Source of the DNA: Macrostomum lignano
Taxonomy: Eukaryota
Length of the DNA stretch: 64,000 nt
Assembly (NCBI GenBank): GCA_002269645.1
Contig: NIVC01003369.1
Span: 37,455 to 101,454 of the forward strand
Direction: 5' to 3'
Shown here: positions 1 through 13,690 of the stretch, one piece after another
How positions within the stretch are numbered: the first letter of the stretch is position 1
Layout of the letters: every line of letters begins with the position of its first letter
Notes under the pieces: model-generated
The model's database searches: none
The model's input: the letters and a program-made list of their open reading frames with translations, nothing else
What the model was told of the DNA's origin: nothing
Program-made: the position numbers and the translations under genes

Positions 1-2034
<2,034 letters not shown>

Positions 2035-2209
2035 TCTGCTTTCCCAAAGACGATCGCATGCTAAAAAGCGCTGCCACTGATTCTCGCAGAACCAGTAATT
2101 GCATCGGGCGGGTCTGGCCCAAAAAGTTTCCTTATACTTAAGTGGGGGTCGCCGACCCGGCCGGCACTCTTGGCCGGAAATTGGCAGACAGGGACCCGAG
2201 GGACCCGGC

Positions 2210-4234
2210 TTAATTGGCAGACGCTGGCCGGGTGAAGCGGCATAAAAAACAAATTACTAAACCATAAACCGACTTCTCAGGCTGCAGCAGGCGGCTCCCC
2301 AGCTCTCTGCCAGCCGGGCCAGCCTGATTTGCATTTGAATTTGGCGTGTCGCCTTGCCAGACCCGCCGCTCAGCTGTACTTTTGAGTCGGCAGCATTTAC
2401 AGACTCCTCCATCGCGCCCCTGCCTGACCCCCTGATCCGGACGCAGCTCCTTTGATAACCGCAGGAAGTGGCTGGACGCTTTTGAATATTTTAAAAGCAA
2501 CGCAGTCTGTAGCAGGTCAGGGAGAGACCGATTTGTAAGGGCAGAACTTCCACCAGCCCCTGCCCTTATCTGGAGTCAATTTTTATCCAGCAGATCTTGC
2601 TGATGATAAATATTGCTCTCATACTGGCAGTCAGGCAGGCAGGCAAGGGCATGAACTCAACTATTCTAAAGCAAACACAAGAGCATTCCATCTCGACCTA
2701 CCATATAGTCTACTGAAGTCCGTATCAATCTTAACCTCAACATCTGCTAGCGGGAGGAGGAGTTGAAACGCTCTCTATTGTCGATTCGGAACTCCCGACC
2801 TACCTCAGAGACTGACGCAGACACCCAACCGTTGCCTCCTGATCCTCCTGATCCTCCGATTGCCTCAACCATACAACTGCCCCAGAAACTGACGCAGACA
2901 CCCAACGGTTGCCTCAGCCATACAGCTGCCCCAGAAACTGACGCAGACACCCAACGGTTGCCTCAGCCATACAGCTGCCCCAGAAACTGACGCAGACACC
3001 CAATGGTTGCCTCAGCCATACAGCTGCCCCAGAAACTGGCGCAGACACCCAACGGTTGCCTCAACCATACAACTGCCCCAGAAACTGACGCAGACACCCA
3101 ACGGTTGCCTCAGCCATACAGCTGCCCCAGAAACTGACGCAGACACCCAACGGTTGCCTCAACCATACAGCTGCCCCAGAAACTGACGCAGACACCCAAC
3201 CGTTGCCTCAGCCATGCTACCCAAGAACTGAAATTTCAGTCACATCACTCCAGTCGCCTCACCCAGCCATGGTTGACGGCAATCCAGGGCCACAGCCGGT
3301 CCTGGATGTAGTCGCACACCCAGCCCTGGATTTCGGTGGCCAGCTGCGGGTTGCCCTCGGCCTCGCACTTGAAGCAGAGCTGCCTGGCCAGCACGAAGGC
3401 GGCCACCACGCGGCCCCAGTTGATGCAGCCGTCGCCAAACAGCGAGTCCAGCTCTTGCATGACGAAGGCCTGTGCGCTCTCCGGCCGGGTGTCCAGCCGG
3501 GCGTCGAAGTCGGTGAAGCGGGCTCGCAGGCGCTGCTCAAACTCGCGGCAGAGTGCCAGCAGGGCTCGCTCTATGCGCTGCTGTTGCTGCTTCTGCTGTT
3601 GCTGCTGCTGCTGCTGGTGGCCGTTCGACCAGCTCGCCGACACCTCGGACAGCGGCGACTGTGTAAACGGCGACACGTAGTCGGACTGGCAGCTGCTGCT
3701 CCCGGCCGGAGTGTCCGGCGACAGGCGCAGCGAGCTGGACGAGGCCGTCACGGGGAAATCGGACGAAGTCGACGGCGAGTTCCGGTGGCGCACAACGGCG
3801 GCAGCCGCGGCGGCGGGCGGCTCCGGGACGATGGTGGAGGCCGCCGACTCGCAGGAGACGGTCGGGGCGCCTCGAAGGCGGCGGCCGGCCTCGCGGCTGC
3901 TCGAGCAGCAGGCGCGCATGAGGTGCGGCACCAGCTGCAGCTGCTGGTGCTGGTGCTGTCCGTTGGAAGGCATGCTGGCTGGCACAGACTCGCTGAGCTG
4001 CTTCGGAGACTCCGGCAGAGCAACTGCTGGCTGCGCGCGGCTCCTCCGTCCTTGGCCGGCTGGCGCGAGATTTTCTTCTCGCGGGCTCCGCGGCGCGGGG
4101 GCGGCGGGGATTTTCGCCCCCGGAGCCGGCCAGTGAAGAGCGGGGAAAACGGGGGTGGGGAAGAAAATCTCCAAGCAAAGGGGATAGAATTTATGGGAGA
4201 TTTGGAGGCTTAGCAGGGGAGGGGCACAGTACAT
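2210..4234 (-). CDS. Bcl-2 family apoptosis regulator, 2 coding exons (4234-3263, 2506-2210); start codon uncertain
   Basis: BH1 ELDSLFGDGCINWGRVVAAF and BH2 WVCDYIQDRLWPWIAVNHGW. The donor TGG|GTGAG at 3263/3262 is phase 0 right after BH2 GW, the same position as in vertebrate BCL2. The acceptor CTACAG|ACT at 2507/2506 continues in frame (TALLLKY...) to a hydrophobic tail SVYGLVICFLCRF. Exons total 1269 nt, a multiple of 3. The extent of exon 2 is less certain. Confidence 0.88.
2808..3215. repeat. 49-bp minisatellite (~8 copies) in the Bcl-2 intron
   Basis: Unit CTGACGCAGACACCCAACGGTTGCCTCAGCCATACAGCTGCCCCAGAAA; period 2889 to 2938. Confidence 0.95.
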
Positions 4235-4607
4235 GTCGATCGTGTGGAGGGGGGAGCTGCCGGACCCCCGATCCCAGAATTTTCCCGTCCCCCTGTCTGA
4301 GCGGCTTTCGCAAGGGCGCGATGGGATCAGAGAGGGATTGAGGGGTTGGGAATGATGACAGGGTTGGAAATTTTTTCTGCCGAAAGTTCCTTTTTTCCTG
4401 GCTTAGGCCTCTCTATCATCGATTGAGGAGTGGCGATCTGTAGGCTCGGGTCTCATGAGTTTGGCAAGATTTGCGTCTGCATTCTGTTTCACTGGATCAA
4501 CCAGCCGTTCATTGTGATGACAAATTATTAATGCAATATTTTGAAGCCAGATTTTCAATTATTTCGCTCACTCTGTGCATTCTTTCGAAAGAATGGAAAT
4601 TACCGTA

Positions 4608-4865
4608 GGACTCACGACTGAAAGGTCGGGGGTTCGATTCTCAACCCACTCGTAAAAATTTGTGTCTTTGAGCAAGATACTTAACTCTGCATTGCTTCAG
4701 TTCACCCAGCTGTAAAATGGGCGCCAGCATTAGCTGGGGTAATTGAGGCTGTGTGTGGCGACCCCCCAAGTCCTGGGACTGAACAGCCGTGCGCAGCCTT
4801 CAGATGCGCAGCAGCGCAATAGCTGCGGCTGAGCTGTCGGTTGCATATCTGTCTATTAGGGCAGG
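4608..4865 (+). mobile_element. tRNA-derived SINE with CORE-like domain, copy 1 (5' truncated)
   Basis: B-box GGTTCGATTCT, then TGTGTCTTTGAGCAAGATACTTAACTCTGCATTGCTTCAGTTCACCCAGCTGTAAAATGGG, resembling the MIR/CORE consensus. A closely similar second copy lies at 54761-55020. Confidence 0.8.
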
Positions 4866-6619
4866 TGTAACTTATTATTATCATTATTATAGCAATTTTA
4901 CTCCATATATTCAACAATTCCCAAGTACCAAAACGTGGCGCTGGAGTCCCCAACGACTCTAGTGGATTTATTATTCATCTTCAGCCCGACAGACTCTCGG
5001 CAACTTCGAGATCGGCTTCTTGAAGAATAGTTCTCAGAGCTCTGCTGTATTGTTATTGCCACCAATTCAAGGCATTTTGAGTTTCTTGCAATTCGCCAAA
5101 ACTGTCGTTATTAAAAATGTGCTGCATGCCCTACTAATAGCAGGCGGTCTGCGAAAATTCTGCGTAAAAAGAGCGACTCGCGAATAAACTGAACAGCCGT
5201 ATGAGCTGATTTTGTCTGATTATGGAGCGCAGAGAAACTGAAGAGCGAATCTCTAAGGAAATCAGTAATGGAGTTGTGAATCAATCGGCACGTATTGATG
5301 TTAGAGCGATTCACATCAGTGACGTCGGTGACGTGACGCAGGTCGCTGACGTCGAGTGCGCGCTTTTCCTCGCCGGTAGGGCGCCTGCAGGGTCAGCAGC
5401 AGCTCCTGCACCGGTGTTACACTTTAGACTATCCGGGTTTTTTTGTCTGGCCCGGATATCCGAACGCACTTACGATATCTGCCCGGATACTGCCAAGCAA
5501 AAAACCTGCTTTGTTTTGTCCTTCCCGGATATCTTGAGCTGCTTTGCATTGTCCGGGCACTTTGAGATGTCTCTCCCGGACATCCTACGGCACTGACTCT
5601 GCTATCCGGCCCGGAGACCACAAGAAGGGGAAGTTGTCTTGGGACATCCGACTGTAGGTTGAAAGAGAGGGGTCAGCCTGCGGAGACAGAGGTTTGCCTT
5701 AGGACATCCGGCTACTGATATCCGGGGCTAGAAATAGCAAAATTTCGACATCACTTTTCGCAAATTAGAAAATAACTTTTTGCTACTTTTTCAATGGCAA
5801 ACATCTGCGTCATGCTTATTTAACGGTGTATGTTTCAATAACAATTTCGCGCTTCACACACTCCAAAAAGAACTAAAATCAAAGCTCATATTGTCAACCG
5901 AAAAGCTGTCTGTTACTCCATTCACCAATCTAATTCGATAAATCAAAAACTGGCGATCCGCTGATTGAAGCGTGATGAGCCACAGCCTTCTTCCGATGCT
6001 TTGATTGAGATGCTTTCCGTTTTCATGTTTTGAGAAACCAGCCAGCTGATAAGTATTATTGCATTTGATGATGCGGTAGACGTCTTCTGCAGATTATCTC
6101 TCTCTTTTGTACTGGAATGTTCCGGCAGCTCAGCATGCTCGTCGCTAAAAACGATTACGTAGGACTTGGACAAGAAATATTTTCCAACTATCTGAAAATA
6201 ATGTGTATTATAATTTGCGCCAACATTAATTTCGGGCTATTAGCTCGTACACTGATATTCATGGCATGTACGCTTGTGCGGGTACATTTAACGACAGTCT
6301 ATTATCGATTTATTCTTAGACTGCATCTTATCCGCCCCTCCCAAGCACTCTGAGTCAGTCCCATTCTCGCTTAATGTTGTCATTCTGCCCCACGCATTCA
6401 CATGCGCCTTATCCTGTAAATACGAGCTAATTTGACTAACTTGCCACCCCAATCTTTATTCACCCCGGACAATTCAAGACCTAGGATATTTCAAAGCCCG
6501 ATTTTGTTGTGCCTTGGATTATCCAGGGTAGGTTATCGCAAAGCGACAATAATTTTGCTTTGCGATGTCCCCCGGACAAATTAAGACCCCGGTGAACAGA
6601 AAGCCTAACACCGGCTGCA

Positions 6620-6860
6620 ACCGGCGCAACAGGTCGCTTGGTCGGGGCAGGCCGGCGGGACGATAGGCGGTCAGGGCCTCAGGCTAACCCGCGGCGACGC
6701 CGCAGATCCTCGCGGACGCCGGGAACCAGACCGCCGAGGTACACGAACTGCTGACCTCACAGAAGCTCCGTCGCCTGTTCGTCAGCGCCTCGGCACCAAA
6801 TGGCAGCCTCGATGTCGTCCGGCATGCAGAGAACGACGGTCATCTGCATGTTGATCCATC
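6620..6860 (-). mobile_element. Decayed non-LTR retrotransposon (LINE, RTE-like) reverse-transcriptase fragment
   Basis: Minus-strand translation INMQMTVVLCMPDDIEAAIWCRGADEQATELL*GQQFVYLGGLVPGVREDLRRRRGLA* contains the FxYLG RT C-terminal motif and in-frame stops. Confidence 0.7.
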
Positions 6861-7784
6861 AGGCCGACACTAGCTGAAACAGAAAGCAGCTTAGCGCCTA
6901 GTTGGAATGAATCTGTCAGTACAGATGAAGTACTTTCTTTTTCGCGTAAATAGTCCTCTGACAAGAGTGCCTTTTGTACTTTTTTACCTAATCGCAGCTC
7001 AAGTCGTAGCCAATAAAATTCCCACAATGACGTACTGACATGCACTTGCCCACGCGGCGGAGAGAAGTTCTACGCGCTTCTGAACTTCGAGTCAGGCTCG
7101 AGCTCTCAGCATTCGGTGTGAACAACCGTCCCTGCTCACAGACCAGTCTAAAATGCATGCACGATCTCGTTAAAAACTGCTGCAGAACTCATACCCGTCT
7201 CTTCCCCTTATTTCAGAGCTCTCCAGGGCCCCAGCCCGCGTTTTAAATCGACTGTCTGCGTCCGCTCACTTCTCAAACTTGTTCAAATAATTGCTCTTTG
7301 CCAACGCCAAGACCGAACCAATGGGAAGCGGGAAAAGCGGCGGGGAGGGTGCAGTGAGGGAGAGGTGCAGCTCGCTGGCCATGCGCTGTGAGCACGTGAA
7401 CTTGTTGTTGAATACAGCGGTCGATTGAGCACTTACATTTCTTTCCCATATCTGCCCTTATCTAGTGGGCTTGTGCGCTGTTTTGCGAAACGTTTGGCGT
7501 ACAAAAACTCATCTTTATAAATTAATGACTTCCTGTGCGAGTTTTTACTCATAATAAATCAACTGCTGCGTTGGTAGAATGTGACTCAAGTGAGCGATGG
7601 ATGCTGCATCACACTGATAGTGAGTTAAATGCTGCTTCATTCGGATGAAGGTGAGAGAGTATGAGTCATGCATTTATTGCAAATCACTTGTCACAGCAAA
7701 ACTTTTGCAAAATTCGTGTCCCTAGGACCCAAACTGGGCGGGCCTCTGACACAAATGGGCGCTCTTACTGGGCTTTTCGACACC

Positions 7785-8280
7785 CAGTCTGACACCCCTG
7801 ACACACAATCTGGCACCTCTGACACACAATCTGGCATCCCTGACACACAATCTGGCATCCCTGACACCCAATCTGGCATCTCTGACACACAATCTGGCAT
7901 CCCTGACACACAATCTGGCACCTCTGACACAATCTGACACCTCTGACACACAATCTGGCATCCCTGACACCCAATCTGGCATCCCTGACACCCAATCTGG
8001 CATCCCTGACACCCAATCTGGCATCCCTGACACCCAATCTGGCATCCCTGACACCCAATCTGGCATCCCTGACACCCAATCTGGCATCCCTGACACCCAA
8101 TCTGGCATCCCTGACACACAATATAGCACCCCTGACACACAATCTAGCACCCCTGACACACAATATAGCACCCCTGACACACAATCTGGCATCCCTGACA
8201 CCCAATCTGGCATCCCTGACACCCAATCTGGCATCCCTGACACACAAGCTGGCATCCCTGACACACAATCTGGCACCCCG
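7785..8280. repeat. 21-bp minisatellite upstream of the innexin
   Basis: Unit TGACACCCAATCTGGCATCCC; related to the 15285-16170 array. Confidence 0.97.
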
Positions 8281-8477
8281 GACCTCATTTGTGCTTGCAC
8301 CAAATGCTTCAGTGAGGCCTTCAATGAGGCGCTATTTGCCCCCTGGCGCACTGGCCATCCCGATTCGAATACTCGATCGTACGCATGCACTAAAATGAGT
8401 TGCTGAATGCAATGATTTGTCAAACACCGACCCAACCGCATCCTAAAAATATTGCAGAATTGCTTTAACCAGCCGCA

Positions 8478-11400
8478 ATGATTCTTCAAGACTTCTTCAC
8501 CTACATGCGGCAGGCGGAGGTGCTCAGCCACGTTGGCTTGGACGACTTTGCCGACAAGCTGAGCTTCATCTACTCTGGTGAGTCGGCTTTGACCCCTGAG
8601 CACACGCAGTTTCACACAGGACTCAAGTACAGATGGATATTCGCAGGAAGGTTGCGTGCACCCTAGCGCTACGCCTTTGGCGACACCGTGGCACAAGCAG
8701 CAGCGAGGCAATCCTGGACATTTATTGCATTTAGAGCGCGGGATATTGCATTCACACACACGCTCACACGGGTTGTACAGCAGCCCTGACTCTCCCATCG
8801 TCAGGAATGTACACACTTAGTAGTTCTCAAGGTCGTAAATCGCTCGACAAGACACATTTACCGCTGACTCAGCCACAAGCATAGAACTCGAACTCGCATT
8901 GCAGTCTGGTTCCTGCTGGTCTGCAGCAGCCTCGCCACTGCCAAGAACTACTTCGCCAGCCCGATAGTCTGCTACCTGCCCTCCATCGTGGGCTCGCACG
9001 AAGGCCAAAGCAGCTACGTGAACAGCATCTGCTACTCGGAGGGCACCTACAATGTGCCCCCCGCCGAGTTCCTCATCGACTCCTCCGACCCGGACTGGGA
9101 CCAACCGTACCGCAGCCGCAAGATTTTCTACTACCAGTGGCTTCCGCTGGTGCTCGGCCTGCAGGGCGCGCTGCTGTACAGCCCGCGCATCGTCTGGCAG
9201 GTCGCCGTGGCCCGCTGCGGCGCCGGCGTCAACCTGCTGCAGCTGGTGCGCTCGGCTCGCGAGGCCGCCGCCGAGCCGCTGGCAACGAAAGTGCCGGACG
9301 GCCGGCGAGAGAAACTTCTGAGCAGCTGCGTGAGTCAGGCGGACCTCTGGCTGGACTGCTGGGCGGCCTGCAGGTCCCGCCTGGCCGCTGCCTACCTGGC
9401 CGTCAAGTGCCTCTACGCTGGCAACGCCGTCTGCCAGCTGCTGCTGATGGCCAGCCTGTTGCAGCTCGGCTCCTTCAACTCCAAGACCGGCCTGGCGGCC
9501 CTGCCGGTGCAGGCGGCGAGTTTCGGCGCCTCCTTGCTGGCTGATCTGGCAGCGGGTGAGAGGAGAGGGGGGAGAGGAGCTTCTCTGGGGTCTCTGAGCA
9601 AGGCTTTTCTTTGGCTTTGCTCCCCTTGTTTCAGCGCGTTATTATCAATTTCTCAGAATAGTCGCTAGCAAAGCACTGGAACGATGGACCCATCCCCGTC
9701 TGTATGTATCTAGTGAGAGAGAGAGAGAGAGAGAGAGAGAGTAGTAGTAAGTGCTGCAATTTTGCTTAAACTTCACTAGTTTGTAATGTTCAGTTGTGCT
9801 TTTTCAAAATGAATATCAATAGACTTGTAAAACCGCCACAGATACTGGCTTTAAGTGATACTTGGATGTCTATACGGCAGAGAAGCAAAGTCACGGGTAG
9901 CCAGAGGCGAGGGGGCAAGGGGGCACCCGCACAATAGGCTGACAAAGAACTACGGCACCTGATTAGGCGCACCCTTCAAAATTGTTGTGACGCCCCCAAC
10001 AATGGCGCTTCTAAGACAACCTTGGGATAAGCAACAGCTGACCACTGAGCTATAACACACTAATAGTCCGGCTTCTCCCCCCACCGCAGGCAGGGACTGG
10101 CGAGCCACCGGGCTGTTCCCCAGGAGCGGCTGTTGCGCCGTGCTCACCCGGCAGTCCTCCGGTGCCCAGCATCAGTTCGCCCAGTGCGCCCTGCCGGTGA
10201 ACATGCTTCACGAGAAGCTGTTCATATTCCTGTGGTTTTGGTTCACCTTCCTGCTGGCGATGTCGCTCATCAGCCTGGCAGTCTGGGTGGCTTGGCTCCT
10301 GCCAGTCTGTCCGGTGAAGCGAAGCGTGAAGCGGATGATCTTCCTGAGCGGCGCTCCGTGCGCCAATCCGGCAGAGAGGCGAGTCATCAGGTAGGAGGCG
10401 AGTTTGCATGGGATGCAGATTTTGTGAGGTTTGATTCTGAAGGAAAGCAACGCTGTTCTCTCCTGAGTGGGTCTTCTTGAGTGCAAAGTGGGTCTTCGTG
10501 AGTGCCAAGTGGATCTTCTTGAGTGCAGAGTGGGTCTTCTTGAGTGCCAAGTGGGTCTTCTTGAGTGCAAAGTGGGTCTTCTTGAGTGCAGAGTGGGTCT
10601 TCTTGAGTGCCAAGTGGGTCTTCTTGAGTGCAAAGTGGGTCTTCTTGAGTGCAAAGTGGGTCTTCCTAAGTGCAAAGTGGGTCTTCTTGAATGCAAAGTG
10701 GATCTTCTTGAGTGCAAAGTGGGTCTTCTTGAGTGCAAAGTGGGTCTTCTTGAGTGCAAAGTGGGTCTTCTTGAGTGCAAAGTGGGTCTTCTTGAGTGCA
10801 AAGTGGATCTTCTTGAGTGCAAAGTGGGTCTTCTTGAGTGCAAAGTGGGTCTTCTTGAGTGCAAAGTGGATCTTCTTGAGTGCAAAGTGGGTCTTCTTGA
10901 GTGCAGAGTGGGTCTTCTTGAGTGCAAAGTGGGTCTTCTTGAGTGCAAAGTGGGTCTCCCTGAGTGCAAAGTGGTTCTTCTTGAGTGCAACGTGGGTCTT
11001 CCTGGGTTTCAAAGTACATCTTGGCTTTTCAAGGTGCAACGCGGTCCAACCAGTGTGAAAAGTTGTTGTGGGATTTTCAGTGTCTAAACTGAGCCTTGTT
11101 ACAATGTAAAAATAGTCTTTTATGATGGCAAAAGGCCTCTGACGGCTCCATAATTGTGTGCTCTGTCTGATAAAGATGCGCCTTCCGAATGCTAGGATGC
11201 AATAGACACGGAAAGCTGATCTAGGAGCTTGAGCACTTACCTTTCACGAACGTCAAACCTGGCAATTCGCAAAGTATAATGATACTTTATACGAGTACTT
11301 CAAGTATGCACACCACCCGATCATTGGAAGTCAGGGCAGATGGACGCTTTGCGCGAAACCGTGTCTGCCTACGGATCCGTGAGAGCGAGTGACGTGTGAA

Positions 11401-12458
11401 TGGGCAGTCTTAACTGGCTCTGGATCCACTGCTGCCAGCAGTTGCACAAATAACCCCTCACCGCTTAACATCGCAGGTCATTCGCCCAAGACTACCTTCG
11501 GCATGACGGCGCATTACTCATCAGCATGCTGTCAATCAACTGCGGCAACTCCGTCGCTAGCGACATCTGCTGCGGCCTCTACCGGAAATTCCGGTCGCGA
11601 CACGAGCCCGAAGGCTCGGTGACCGGCGCCATCACGAGCAGCGCCGCCTCCTCGGCGCGGTCCCTGAGCCAGGAGGAATCCGCCCAGCCCGCACCCGTTC
11701 ACAAGAGGCCCCGAAAGATTGGCTTCAAGTTCAAACGAGTGAAGTGGGCGAAATTGCCCGACAGACCGGGAGACGACCTCGAGGATGACGAGGAGAGTCA
11801 GCGAGACGATAGGCGCAGGCTATTCAAGGACGTCAGCGCTGATCATTTCTGCGACTGTGAGGCCCAGCTGGACTGCGATGCCTCCGCCGATGCACCTGCG
11901 GCAAGAACGCTGGCTGCCGCGGTCGCAATTGTAAACGAGGCCCAGGACAGCAGAGACCGGGCCGACTCGGCGGCCGAGGCTGCCAACGCTGCCGACGATG
12001 ACGGATTTGCTGGCGAGGCCAGGAGTGGAAGCTCCGGCTACTGCCACATCGGCGAGGACGACGGCGACGGTCCAGCTGACGAAGACGATGAGGACGATGA
12101 TGACGGAGGCGGCGAAGGTGGCGATGATGACGACGAGGGCGACGACGAGGAGGAAGACGTCAGCGAGAGTGACGGCGGCGGCGAGGAGAGCCTCGTCGAT
12201 GAAGCCGATCAGGAGGAGAGCGAGGATGTCGAGAAAGAAGCTGAAGAGGGCAGCGAGAGCGAAGAGGCTGCTGAAGGCAGCGACGGGGTCGACAGCGCCG
12301 ATGGCAGCGAGGATGTCGGCGAGACGGGCAGCAGCGCCAACGGCTCCGACAGCGACGGAGACAGTCGAGAAGAACGGGAGGCAGACGGCGGTGGAGGGGA
12401 CAACCCTGCGGGTGTTGCAGAAGCGGCCAGCGATATGGAGAGCCTGGCGTCGGTGTGA
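8478..12458 (+). CDS. Innexin (gap-junction protein), 4 exons (8478-8577, 8905-9555, 10090-10390, 11477-12458), 677 aa, with long acidic C-tail
   Basis: N-terminus GLDDFADKLSF; EL1 PIVCY...YVNSICYSEGTY; YYQWLP signature; EL2 WRATGLFPRSGCC...QCALPVNMLHEKLFIFLWFW; tail DYLRHDG. All introns are GT-AG with compatible phases; exons total 2034 nt. Confidence 0.95.
9715..9741. repeat. (GA)n microsatellite in innexin intron 2
   Basis: Direct run of GA dinucleotides. Confidence 0.9.
10465..11005. repeat. 21-bp minisatellite in innexin intron 3
   Basis: Unit GTGGGTCTTCTTGAGTGCAAA. Confidence 0.97.
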
Positions 12459-12507
12459 TGACAAAGTCTGCCGTCTGTCACCCACTTTGAAAACTCATTT
12501 TGAATGA

Positions 12508-12781
12508 TGGCGCCCAATCTGATTTAGTAGCGCCCAATCTGATACAGTGGCGCCCAATCGGATACAGTGGCGCCCAATCGGATACAGTGGCGCCCCATCT
12601 GATACAGTGGCGCCCAATCTGATTCAGTAGCGCCCAATCTGATACAGTGGCGCCCAATCTGATTCAGTAGCGCCCCATCTGATACAGTGGCGCCCAATCT
12701 GATTCAGTAGCGCCCAATCTGATACAGTGGCGCCCAATCTGATTCAGTGGTGCCCAATCTGATCCAGTGGCGCCCAATCTA
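12508..12781. repeat. 20-bp minisatellite just downstream of the innexin stop
   Basis: Unit GGCGCCCAATCTGATACAGT. Confidence 0.95.
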
Positions 12782-13469
12782 AGGTAAAAGTACTATTGCT
12801 TACAGAAGCATGCCAAAGGACACTCGTGAGGTCGTCTGGGTGAAGTGCTCAAGCATCTGGCATGAGCACCATGCGTGTTTTCTCCCAGATTCAACATTAA
12901 CGGAATTTAATTGTGCACATTTTACAATATTTTATAGTTTAATGCTCTAAACTGAGTTCTTTTTCACCCAAACTTCAGATTTTGCCAAATTATTTTTGAA
13001 TATTGATACTTTTACGTCGCCAAACAAAAACTTTATTATTAAATATGCTTGCAACTCTAATACGCACTACTTTCAGTAATACGTTTGCATCTTTTTGTAC
13101 TGCAAAGCTGTAAATAGATTTCGATTTTAAAGAAATAAGTTGCTTTTAAATGCCTTGCGATTCAAACTTCAACTTCTAATGCTTCTAACTTCAAAGTGAC
13201 TTGAAATCTTTATTCAGAGTTCAATGCAATAGTCGCCATAACTCAACAGTGCTGTGCAAAAGTGCATTATGCAAGTTAAACTTAACAAACATTGAAACTT
13301 AGAGAATTTGGGATTACATTGGATTAACTGCTCAAGCAGAAATTTGCAAGAAAAGCAGGCCTCAAGAGACTGGAGAGACTTAAGACTTGCTCAGCAAGCC
13401 TTACATATGAGCTTATAAATGCTACTTGGAATAAACAATTAGGCCTTTTACTATGTCAAAACCAGTTCT

Positions 13470-13690
13470 TCAGCATCCCAACTGCAGCTACATCAGTTCC
13501 CAGCATCCCAACTGCAGCTACATCAGTTCCCAGCATCCCAATTGCAGCTACATCAGTTCCCAGCATCCCAACTGTAGCAACATCAGTTCCCAGCATCCCA
13601 ACTGCAGCTACATCAGTTCCCAGCATCCCAACTGTAGCAACATCAGTTCCCAGGATCCCAACTGTAGCAGCATCAGTTCCCCAGCTTCCC
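13470..13690. repeat. 30-bp minisatellite overlapping the FUZ stop codon/3' UTR
   Basis: Unit CAGCATCCCAACTGCAGCTACATCAGTTCC. Confidence 0.95.

Noticed and set aside
3203-4213. Long antisense or alternative-frame ORFs over GC-rich exons (also 11820-12485, 22560-23309, 27437-28192, 29399-29965, 46250-47891)
   Set aside because: Expected shadows of GC3-rich coding sequence; no recognisable domains.
5413-5730. Cluster of CCCGGAT/GGACATCCGG motifs suggestive of a MITE
   Set aside because: I could not identify matching TIRs or a TSD.
6782-7045. Faint resemblance of WEFYW...KALL...YLREKES to the hAT transposase C-terminal motif
   Set aside because: Too few conserved residues to support by eye; needs an HMM search.
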